From Thalassobaculaceae bacterium (GTDB lineage: Bacteria > Pseudomonadota > Alphaproteobacteria > Thalassobaculales > Thalassobaculaceae), in contig OZ245843.1 in assembly GCA_965228875.1 (NCBI GenBank), positions 3,640,616-3,704,615 of the forward strand: a DNA stretch of 64,000 bases, given 5' to 3'. The notes below the pieces were generated by a model. It was not told the DNA's origin. It made no database searches and saw nothing but the letters and a program-made list of their open reading frames with translations. The translations under genes were made by a program, and so were the position numbers. Below, piece by piece: positions 1 to 8,900 of this stretch (the first letter of the stretch is position 1; each line of letters opens with the position of its first letter).

Positions 1-1
1 G

Positions 2-91
2 ATCGACTGGCTGATCCGCACCGGCCGCATCGCCCCGGATCACCCGGACTACCTGGAGCTCTGCACCGGGCTGCATGCCGCGTTTCCGTGA
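2..91 (+). CDS. 3' fragment of a CDS, possibly NUDIX/DUF4743-like (partial)
   Basis: Frame 2 reads IDWLIRTGRIAPDHPDYLELCTGLHAAFP* to TGA at 89-91; resembles the C-terminus of DUF4743 NUDIX proteins. Confidence 0.45.
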   Translation: MDWLIRTGRIAPDHPDYLELCTGLHAAFP

Positions 92-123
92 GCGACGGCC
101 CATTCTCTGGAGAGTGTCGTCAG

Positions 124-915
124 TTATGGCGCCGTCAGGTCGGGACGCCCGAGCAGGTCCGCCAGAGGCGCGATGGACACCGTCCCGGACGCGCGGTCGA
201 GGCGCGCTGCGAGATGCCCGGCCGTCGCCTCGGCGAAGGCCCGCTCCGGCACCGCGTCGGCCGCGACGATCCGGAACTCCAGGGCCAGCCGGCGGACCTG
301 CGCGCCCTCCAGACGCTGGGTCCGGTGCAGCACATGCTGATCGAAGACGAAGCAGGTACCGGGAGCGATCACCGGCGCGACACGCCGAGGCGTCGGCCCG
401 GTCAGGTCCCCGATCCGCTCGGGGTCCAGCGATCGCCCACCGCTGGCGTCGCGCTCCAGACCCTCCCAGAACCTGCGGACCTCGGCGTCCGGAACCGGCG
501 ACGCCGGCAGACAGAACTCCAGCCCAGGCGCGGTGCGTCCGACCTCCATGAACGGCACCCAGGCGGTCAGCAGGGGAACGTCGAAGCCATAGAAATTGGC
601 GTCCAGATGCCAGGGGACATAGGTCCGGTTCACCTCCGGACGCTGTGAGCGAAATTTGCTCATCTCCAGCAGAAGAACGGGTTCACGACCGAACGCCTCG
701 CGGTACAGCGCCGGCAGCGGACCGTTCCAGAAATACCGCAGGACCAGTCGCAGATAGTCACGCTCGCGCGGCGCGAACGGCGCCTCGTGGAACACCGCCA
801 GCGAGCGGGGATCGGGCTGTCCCGCCGCCGTTCGCGCCGCGACGATGGCCGCGATCCCGCGATAGATCCGCAGGGTCGTCTCGGCGTCCAGCGATCGGCA
901 TTCCTTGAGCAGCAC
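124..915 (-). CDS. Phytanoyl-CoA dioxygenase (PhyH)-like Fe(II)/2OG oxygenase
   Basis: HxD motif (VPWHLD), TAWVPF strand, distal His (HVLHRT) and terminal R (RRLALEFR). Confidence 0.7.
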   Translation of the reverse strand: MLLKECRSLDAETTLRIYRGIAAIVAARTAAGQPDPRSLAVFHEAPFAPRERDYLRLVLRYFWNGPLPALYREAFGREPVLLLEMSKFRSQRPEVNRTYVPWHLDANFYGFDVPLLTAWVPFMEVGRTAPGLEFCLPASPVPDAEVRRFWEGLERDASGGRSLDPERIGDLTGPTPRRVAPVIAPGTCFVFDQHVLHRTQRLEGAQVRRLALEFRIVAADAVPERAFAEATAGHLAARLDRASGTVSIAPLADLLGRPDLTAP

Positions 916-957
916 GACGTTCCCCCGATGCCGCCGCCATGGACAGCTGGTCGAATG

Positions 958-1818
958 CTATCCCCGCGGCCGCCCGCCGGCCACCCGCGCCCGGACCTCC
1001 TCGGCACTGACCCCGCTCTCCTTCAGGGCCCGCAGCGTCAGCGACCGGTCACGCTTGGCGAAGCGCCGGCCGGTCTCGGGGTCGACCAAGAGCGGATGGT
1101 GGGCGTAGTCCGGCACCGGCAGGTCCAGCAGCGCCTGGAGCAGGCGGTGGACATGGGTCGCGTGGAACAGGTCCTCGCCGCGGGTCACCAGGGTCACGCC
1201 CTGCAGCGCGTCGTCCACCGTCACCGCCAGGTGATAGGAGGTGGCGATGTCCTTGCGCGCCAGAACCACGTCGCCGAACACCTCGGGCCGGGCCTCCTGA
1301 ATGCCGTGGTTCCGGTCGGACCAGGTCAGCGGACCGGCGATCCGCGCCGACTCGGCCATGCGAAGGCGCAGGGCGTAGGGCTCCCCCGCCGCCTCCCGAC
1401 GGTGCCGCTCCTCCTCCGGCATCAGGGCGTCGGTATCGGTCACCGCCGGTCCGTCCGGTCCCGTCATCGGCCGGTGATGCGGGGCGGAGAGCGCCTCGTC
1501 CAGTTCCCTTCGGGAATGGAAGCACTTGTACAGCAGCCCCATTCCCTCAAGCCGGTCGAGGGCGGCGCGGTGGTCGTCCAGGTGCTCGGACTGGCGCCGC
1601 ACCGGCGTCTCCCACTCCAGGCCGAGCCACGCCAGATCCTCCAGGATCGCCGCCTCGAACGCCGGCCGGCAACGGGTGATGTCGATATCCTCGATCCGCA
1701 GCAGGAACCGGTCCCCCCGCACGCGCTCGACGAACGACGTCGCGTGCAGCGCCGAATAGGCGTGGCCGAGATGCAGGAAGCCGGTCGGGCTCGGGGCGAA
1801 GCGGGTCGTGGTGGCCAT
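958..1818 (-). CDS. gluQ: Glutamyl-Q tRNA(Asp) synthetase
   Basis: TRFAPSPTGFLHLGH, LRIEDID, YHLAVTVDD...VTRGEDL; catalytic domain only, no anticodon-binding domain. Confidence 0.9.
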   Translation of the reverse strand: MATTTRFAPSPTGFLHLGHAYSALHATSFVERVRGDRFLLRIEDIDITRCRPAFEAAILEDLAWLGLEWETPVRRQSEHLDDHRAALDRLEGMGLLYKCFHSRRELDEALSAPHHRPMTGPDGPAVTDTDALMPEEERHRREAAGEPYALRLRMAESARIAGPLTWSDRNHGIQEARPEVFGDVVLARKDIATSYHLAVTVDDALQGVTLVTRGEDLFHATHVHRLLQALLDLPVPDYAHHPLLVDPETGRRFAKRDRSLTLRALKESGVSAEEVRARVAGGRPRG

Positions 1819-1875
1819 CCCCGCCGACTATAGCTAGGCTCGCGCCCGGTCAACGGATAGCGATGGAAGACGGCG

Positions 1876-2529
1876 ATGACGGAACTCGACGGCCCCCGGT
1901 TCGGCCCGGCCAAGGAAGGCGACGCCGAAGCGCTGGTGGTGATGCTGCACGGTCTCGGCGCCGACGGGAACGACCTGATCGGCATCGCCCCGGTCTGGGC
2001 ACGGGAACTCGCAACGGTCGCCTTCGTCTCGCCGCACGCCCCCTTCCCCTGCGACATGGCGCCGTTCGGCCGTCAGTGGTTCAGCCTGCAGAGCCGCGAT
2101 CCGGCGGACATGCTGGCCGGGATCCGGGTCGCCGCACCGATGCTGAACGCCTTTCTAGACGCCGAGCTCGCGCGGTACGGCCTCGGCCCGGACCGGCTGG
2201 CCCTGGTCGGCTTCAGCCAGGGCACGATGACATCGCTCTACACCGCGCTGCGCCGCCCGGCGCCGGTCGCGGGCATCGTCGGCTATTCCGGCGCGCTGAT
2301 CGCCGGCGACCTGCCCGACGACCCGGTCACCGCAAGGCCGCCGGTCGTCCTGGTGCATGGCACGGCCGACGAGATCGTGCCGTTCGCGGCGATGGAGAAT
2401 GCCGAAGCCGGGCTGAGGGATGCGGGGATCGCCGTCGAATCGGTCGCCCGTCCGGGTCTCGGCCATGGCATCGACGAGGTCGGCCTGGGTGTCGGCGCCG
2501 CGTTTCTGCGCCGGGTTCTTGGAGTTTAG
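1876..2529 (+). CDS. Phospholipase/carboxylesterase (alpha/beta hydrolase)
   Basis: LHGLGA, GFSQG nucleophile, HGTADEIVP, GHGI triad. Confidence 0.9.
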   Translation: MTELDGPRFGPAKEGDAEALVVMLHGLGADGNDLIGIAPVWARELATVAFVSPHAPFPCDMAPFGRQWFSLQSRDPADMLAGIRVAAPMLNAFLDAELARYGLGPDRLALVGFSQGTMTSLYTALRRPAPVAGIVGYSGALIAGDLPDDPVTARPPVVLVHGTADEIVPFAAMENAEAGLRDAGIAVESVARPGLGHGIDEVGLGVGAAFLRRVLGV

Positions 2530-2758
2530 CCGCCCGCGCGGTGGGGCCTTGCAGGGACCATAAAACTGTAACAACATATAGATATAAGCAGCTTATCGCT
2601 TGGCGCGAAATCTCGGGTATGTGGGCGATCACGATCATGAGATGCGGTTGGAACGACAAGATGTTGTGGCAAGGCCTGCGGCGAAGCGCCGTCCGGCGTG
2701 CCGCGAGTCGGCCTAGTCGCAGCATGCGCGCCCTGCCGAGAACTCGGAGGAGCGCGCG

Positions 2759-3367
2759 GTGACCGGCCCGGACGCCGCACCCGCGCTCGTCCTCAACGCC
2801 GATTTCCGGCCGCTCTCCTATTTTCCGTTGTCGCTCTGGTCCTGGCAGGACGCCGTGAAGGCGGTGTTCCTCGACCGGGTCAACATCGTCTCCGAGTACG
2901 ACCTGTCGGTGCGCAGCCCGAGCTTCGAGATGCGCCTGCCGAGCGTCATCGCGCTGAAGGAATACGTCCACCAGTCGCGCCGGCCGGCCTTCACCCGGTT
3001 CAACGTCTTCCTGCGCGACCGGTTCACCTGCCAGTACTGCGCCGAGCGGTTCCCGACCCAGGAGCTGACCTTCGACCACGTGATCCCCCGCTCGCGCGGC
3101 GGGCGGACCAGCTGGGAGAACGTGGTCACCGCCTGCGGGGCGTGCAACCTGTTCAAGGGCAACCACATGCCGCGCGACATCGGCATGGTGCCGATCACCG
3201 CCCCGAAGCAGCCCAGCGCCTACGAACTGCAGCAGAGCGGCCGGGGGTTCCCGCCGAACTACCTGCATGAGAGCTGGCGCGACTACCTCTACTGGGATAT
3301 CGAGCTGGAACAGGACGGCTCCGGCGACGACATCGCCCGCATCACGGCGACCTCACCGGCATTCTGA
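2759..3367 (+). CDS. HNH endonuclease (McrA-like, conserved alphaproteobacterial type)
   Basis: LRDRFTCQYC, TFDHVIPRSRGG, WENVVTACGACN. Confidence 0.9.
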   Translation: MTGPDAAPALVLNADFRPLSYFPLSLWSWQDAVKAVFLDRVNIVSEYDLSVRSPSFEMRLPSVIALKEYVHQSRRPAFTRFNVFLRDRFTCQYCAERFPTQELTFDHVIPRSRGGRTSWENVVTACGACNLFKGNHMPRDIGMVPITAPKQPSAYELQQSGRGFPPNYLHESWRDYLYWDIELEQDGSGDDIARITATSPAF

Positions 3368-3449
3368 ACCGCTACGGGGACCGATACGGCAGTATGGTCG
3401 GCGCTGTCGCGAAGGTCTTCGACGAACCGAAGCCACGGAGGCTTAACCT

Positions 3450-4190
3450 ATGCGGACAACGCCGGATTTGCAGGGCCGGGTGTGTCTCGTGACAGGATCT
3501 TCGAGAGGCATCGGTCGCGCGATCGCATTGGAGCTTGCGGCGGCCGGAGGCAACGTAGTGGTCAACTACCGCTCGGACCGGTCAGGAGCGGAGAGTGTGG
3601 CATCCGAGATTGCAGCGCTGGGCCAGCGCGCTCTTCCGGTCGAAGCCGACGTCAGCTCAAGCGCCGACGTCACTCGGATGATCGCCGACATAAACCGGGC
3701 GCTCGGTCCGGTGGACGTGCTTGTCAACAACGCCGGTATCGCGCTGCCGCGGACGATCGACGACCTTTCGGAAGACGACTTCGACCGAACGGTCTCGGTG
3801 AACCTGAAGTCTGCCTTTCTGTGCATACAAGCCGTGCTGCCCCACATGTTGTCCCGCAAGTGGGGCCGCATCGTGAATATCTCATCTGGCGCCGCGCGTG
3901 GCCGCGGCGAGATCGGCGTGCACTACAACGCCGCGAAAGCCGGGTTGGAAGGACTGACCCGCGGGTATGCGATGAGAGTGGCGGCGGACGGAGTGACGGT
4001 GAACTCCGTCGCCCCTTCGCTGATTTCGACCGAGATGATATCCGGCATCGCGAATAGCGCGATCGACCGGGTGCCCGTCGGCCGTCTGGGGCGCGTCGAA
4101 GAGGTCGCACAGGCGACGCTCATGGTGATCGCGAACGAGTTCATCACAGGCCAGACAATCCCGGTGAACGGCGGGAAGAGCCTGATCTAA
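3450..4190 (+). CDS. SDR oxidoreductase (FabG-like)
   Basis: TGSSRGIG, NNAG, YNAAK. Confidence 0.9.
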   Translation: MRTTPDLQGRVCLVTGSSRGIGRAIALELAAAGGNVVVNYRSDRSGAESVASEIAALGQRALPVEADVSSSADVTRMIADINRALGPVDVLVNNAGIALPRTIDDLSEDDFDRTVSVNLKSAFLCIQAVLPHMLSRKWGRIVNISSGAARGRGEIGVHYNAAKAGLEGLTRGYAMRVAADGVTVNSVAPSLISTEMISGIANSAIDRVPVGRLGRVEEVAQATLMVIANEFITGQTIPVNGGKSLI

Positions 4191-4209
4191 GCCATAGCGA
4201 TCCAGGCGT

Positions 4210-4231
4210 CGGGGGATGGCGGCCGTCCCCG
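4210..4231. terminator. Hairpin between convergent SDR and MFS genes
   Basis: GGGGATGG/CCGTCCCC inverted repeat between two stop codons. Confidence 0.4.
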
Positions 4232-4232
4232 G

Positions 4233-5519
4233 CTATGCCCTTTTCTCCCGTACCGTCAGCAGCAGCGCGAAGCCGACCGCCAGGAACAGCACGATGGTCG
4301 CCATGCCGGCGCGCTGGCTGTCGAAGGCCAGGGTGACCCAGCCGAGCACGAGCGGACCGGCGAAGTTCGTCACCTTGCCGGACAGAGCGAACAGACCGAA
4401 CATCTCGGCCCGCTGGTCTTCCGGCGCGAGACGCGCCATGAAGCTGCGCGAGGCCGCCTGGGCCGGTCCCATGAACGTGCCGAGGGCCATGCCGATGACC
4501 CAGAACCAGGTCTTGTCCGGTGCCAGAAGGGCGGCGACGCCGAAACCGATCAGACCGACCAGCGCCCAGGAGATTGCCCGCTTGGCCCCCACCCGGTCGT
4601 CGATCCAGCCGAAGGCGATCGCACCAGCTCCGGCGGTGACGTTGAGGGCGATGCCGAACAGGATGATCTCGTCGAAATCCATGCCGAAGGTACCGGCCGC
4701 ATAGATCCCGCCGAACGCGAACAGGGTCGTCAGTCCGTCGGCGTAGAACATCCGCGCCACCAGGAACCGGGTCATCGGCTGCGACCACCGGAGCTGACCG
4801 AGGGTGCGGCGGATCCGCGCCAGGCCGTCGCGCACCGCCTGGCCGAGCGGCTCGCGCTCGCGCAACGGCGGTTCCGGGACCATCAGGAAGGTCGGCAGCG
4901 AGAACACCGCGAGCCAGACGGCCACCAGCAGCGACGTGGCCCGCACCGGCTCCGCCGCCTCCGGATCCAGGTCGAAGGGCGGCGGATCGGCCTGGATCAG
5001 CAAGAACAGCGCCGCGACCAGACAGGCAAGGCCGCCGAAATAGCCGAGACCCCAGCCCAACCCGCTCACCCGTCCGAGCCGACCGGGTGGCGCCACCTCG
5101 GCCAGCATGGCGTTGTAGAACACGGTGGCGAACTCGAAGCCGATGGTGGCAACGATCACCAGTGCCAGGGCGCGCATGGCGAAGGCCGGATCCGGTTCCA
5201 CCGTCCACAGGGCGGCGGTGGCGAGCACGCAGATCCAGGTCAGCACGAACAGCCAGGGCTTGCGGCGGCCGGTGCGGTCCGCGACGGCACCGAGCATCGG
5301 GCTCAGCACCGCGATGCAGACGGCGGCGATCGCCGTCGCGTTGCCCCACAGGAAGGTCCCGTAGGCCTCGTCCGGCGCCACGCCCTTGGTGAAATAGGCG
5401 GCGAACACGAAGGTGGTGATCACCGTGGGAAAGGCCGAGTTCGCCCAGTCGTACACGCACCAGCCGAGAATCGGCGTCAGGCGCGCGCGCGTCGGACCGG
5501 GATCAGCCGGTTCGCTCAT
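4233..5519 (-). CDS. MFS transporter (UMF1/Atg22-like)
   Basis: WCVYDWANSAF, GAVADRTGRRK, ~12 hydrophobic segments, QAASRSFMARL. Confidence 0.9.
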   Translation of the reverse strand: MSEPADPGPTRARLTPILGWCVYDWANSAFPTVITTFVFAAYFTKGVAPDEAYGTFLWGNATAIAAVCIAVLSPMLGAVADRTGRRKPWLFVLTWICVLATAALWTVEPDPAFAMRALALVIVATIGFEFATVFYNAMLAEVAPPGRLGRVSGLGWGLGYFGGLACLVAALFLLIQADPPPFDLDPEAAEPVRATSLLVAVWLAVFSLPTFLMVPEPPLREREPLGQAVRDGLARIRRTLGQLRWSQPMTRFLVARMFYADGLTTLFAFGGIYAAGTFGMDFDEIILFGIALNVTAGAGAIAFGWIDDRVGAKRAISWALVGLIGFGVAALLAPDKTWFWVIGMALGTFMGPAQAASRSFMARLAPEDQRAEMFGLFALSGKVTNFAGPLVLGWVTLAFDSQRAGMATIVLFLAVGFALLLTVREKRA

Positions 5520-5932
5520 GCCGCGCCGATCCAGGCGGCCGCGTCGTCGAAATCCATGAAGATGCGGAATGTCGTGCCCGGATAGTCGAAGGCGACGATC
5601 CTGGCGACCTTGGCGAGCCAGCCGTCACCGACCACGACGGCGACCTGACTACCGCCGTCCCGGCCGCCGGCGAAGCCGCGCCACTGCCGCGCCACGTCCC
5701 TCAGCCCCCTCCAGCTGTACTCGCCCTCGTTGTTCACATCGCGGGCGTCGACCAGAGTCGAGAACGTCACGACTTCCGGGTGGCGTTCCCACATGCGCGG
5801 CAGGCCGCTGGACAGATCCTCGTCGGTGACGGGGCCGGACACCCGGATCGTCAGAACCCGGCGATCGCGGTCCACCTTCCAGGTGATCCGTCCCCCCGTC
5901 ACCTCCCCGAGCGCGAATCCGTCCATCCTCAT
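5516..5932 (-). CDS. STAS/SEC14 (SpoIIAA-like) protein
   Basis: 138 aa with VAVV strand and FRIFMDFDDAAAWI C-terminus; 4-nt overlaps with gdh and MFS. Confidence 0.6.
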   Translation of the reverse strand: MRMDGFALGEVTGGRITWKVDRDRRVLTIRVSGPVTDEDLSSGLPRMWERHPEVVTFSTLVDARDVNNEGEYSWRGLRDVARQWRGFAGGRDGGSQVAVVVGDGWLAKVARIVAFDYPGTTFRIFMDFDDAAAWIGAA

Positions 5933-8900
5933 CGCGACAGCAGCGTCCGCATCTGTCCGTTGGCGACGGCGAGCATGGCCAGGTCGACGCCGTCGGCGCC
6001 GCGGATGTCGTCGAGCAGGCGGGCGGTGCGCGCCACATCGTCGGCCCGGCCGGCGCTCCAGGCGGCGATCGCCGCCTCGGTGTCGTCGGCCTCCGCCTTC
6101 TTCCTGTCATCCTCCGGCTCGACATGGCCGAGCACGTTCTGGGCGAGCTGACCCTGATGCAGGTAGAAGTCGTCGACCAGGGCGTTCACGGCCTGCTTCT
6201 GCCAGTAGGTGTCGGCCGACAGCTCCAGCGCCCGGTCGCGCAGCCAATCCAGGGCGAAGCGCGAGCCGACCTCGAAATACACCTTCGCCACGGTCATCTC
6301 GTCGAGCTTGGCGGCGCCGGACAGCCGGACCACGTCGCAGGCGGCGGTCAGCGCCTCCAGCGAGGCGATCTGATGCGCCAGGTCGTGCGGCACGCCCTGC
6401 TCCTCGAGCTCGGCGCAGGTGCGCTCCAGGTCCTCGCGTTCGGTGCCGCCGATCACCTCGACCAGCCCGCCCTTGAGTACCGTGACGCCGGGCTCGAATT
6501 CGCTCACGTGGCTGGCGATGTCGAACGGCCGGCGGCCGTTGCGCAGGAACCAGACGGTCTTGCGCTCCACCAGACGCTGAATGTCCAGCATCATCCGGGT
6601 CTGCACCGCGGCGGGCACCGTGTTGTCCAGCGCCTCGATGGCGTCCCACAACTCCCGCAGTCCGAAGACGTCGCGCACGATGGTGTAGGCCCGGGCGATC
6701 TCCGCGGCGCTCGCGCCGGTCTGCTCGCTGAGCGTGTTGATGAAGGTGGCGCCGACCCGATTGATCATCGAGTTGGTCACCGTTGTCGCGATGATCTCGC
6801 GGCGCAGGCGGTGCGCGGCGATCGGTTCGGCGTACTTGCCCCGCACCCGTTCGGGGAAATAGCGCGCGAGATCGTCGGCCAGCGCCTCGTCGTCCGGCAG
6901 GTCGCTGGCCAGCAGATCGTCGTACAGCGCCATCTTCGCGTAGGCGAGCAGGACCGCCAGCTCCGGGCGGGTCAGCCCCCTGCCGTCCTGGACCCGGTCG
7001 CCCAGGGCCTCGTCATCGGGCAGGAACTCGATCCGCCGGTTCAGTCTGAGGTGCCCGCGCTCGAGCCCGCGCATCAGCCGGCTCTGGGCGTCGATCAGGC
7101 CGAGGCCCTGGTGCTCGGCGATGGTGAGCGCCTGGCTCTGGTCGTAGTTGTCCGCCAGCACCAATTCGGCGACCGCGTCGGTCATCTCCTCCAGCAGCCT
7201 GTCGCGCTGCTTCAGGGTCATGTCGCCGTCGGCGACGATCGACCCCAGCAGGATCTTGATGTTGACCTCGTGGTCGGAGCAGTCGACGCCGGCCGAATTG
7301 TCGATCGCGTCGGTGTTGAGGCGCACACCGCGCAGGGCGGCCTCGACCCGGCCGCGCTGGGTGACGCCGAGATTGGCGCCTTCGCCGATCACCTTGGCCC
7401 GCAGCTCGCGGGCGTCGATGCGGACGGGATCGTTGGCCCGGTCTCCGGCATCCGCATGGCTCTCCCGGTTGGACTTGATGTAGGTGCCGATTCCGCCGAA
7501 CCAGAGCAGGTCGACCTCGGCCCGCAGCAGGGCGCTGATCAGGTCGTTAGGGGTTACCGAATCCTCCTCGATGCCGAAGGCCTTCTTGATTTCCGGCGTC
7601 AGCTTGATCGACTTGGCCGAACGCTCGAACACGCCGCCGCCCTTGGAGATCAGCTTGGCGTCGTAGTCCGACCAGCTCGATCGCGGCAGTTCGAACAGGC
7701 GCTTACGCTCGGCGAAGCTGGCGGCCGCGTCGGGGTTGGGGTCGACGAAGATGTGCAGGTGATTGAACGCGCCGATCAGGCGGATGTGCTCCGAGAGCAG
7801 CATGCCGTTCCCGAACACGTCGCCCGACATGTCGCCGCAGCCGACGACCGAAAACGCCTCCGCCTGCGTGTTGCGGCCGATCTCGCGGAAGTGGCGCTTG
7901 ACGCTTTCCCAGGCGCCGCGCGCGGTGATGCCCATCTTCTTGTGGTCATAGCCGGCCGACCCGCCCGAGGCGAAGGCGTCATCCAGCCAGAAGCCGTAGT
8001 CCTGGGACACGCCGTTGGCAATGTCGGAGAAGGTCGCAGTACCCTTGTCGGCGGCGACGACCAGATAGGGATCGTCGTCGTCGTAGCGGACCACGTCGCG
8101 CGGCGGGATCACCTCCGTCCCGGCGATATTGTCGGTGATGTCCAGCATCCCGCGCATCAGCGTCTTGTAGCACTCGATGCCTTCGGCCTGGAATTCCTCG
8201 CGGGTGCCACCGACCGGCGGGCGCTTGACGACGAACCCGCCCTTGGACCCGACCGGGACGATGACCGCGTTCTTCACCTGCTGGGCCTTCATCAGGCCGA
8301 GGATCTCAGTGCGGAAGTCCTCGCGCCGGTCGGACCAGCGGATGCCGCCGCGCGCCACCTTGCCGCCGCGCAGGTGCACGGCCTCGACCCGCGGGCTGTA
8401 GACCCAGATCTCCACGTGCGGGCGCGGCAGCGGCAGCTCCTCCAGCTTCTGGCTGTCGAGCTTGAAGGAGATGTAGCTCTTCTCCCCGCCATCCTCCGCC
8501 GCCTGATAGAAATTGGTCCGCAGGGTGGAGCGGATCAGGTTGAGGAAACGGCGCAGGATCCGGTCCTGATCCAGGTTGGCGACATCGTCCAGCGCGGCCA
8601 GGATCTCGCCCTCCAGGGCGCCCACCGCCTTGTCCCGCTCCGAGCCAGCCGCCGGATCGAAGCGCGCGGCGAACAGCTTCACCAGCAGGCGCGCGATCGG
8701 CGCGTAGGCGAGCAGCGTCTCCTCCATGTAGTCCTGGGAGAAGGTGAAGGCCGCCTGGCGCAGATACTTGGCATAGGCCCGCACGACCGTGACCTCGCGC
8801 CAGGTCAGGCCAGCCGCCAGCACCAGGCCGTTGAAGCCGTCATTCTCCATGCGGCGGTCCCAGACCGCGGCGAAGGCCTCCTGGAACGGCGCCTTGATGG

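Noticed and set aside
2759..3367. HNH nuclease as a defence or mobile gene
   Set aside because: Belongs to the widely conserved alphaproteobacterial HNH beside the esterase and gluQ; native codon usage.
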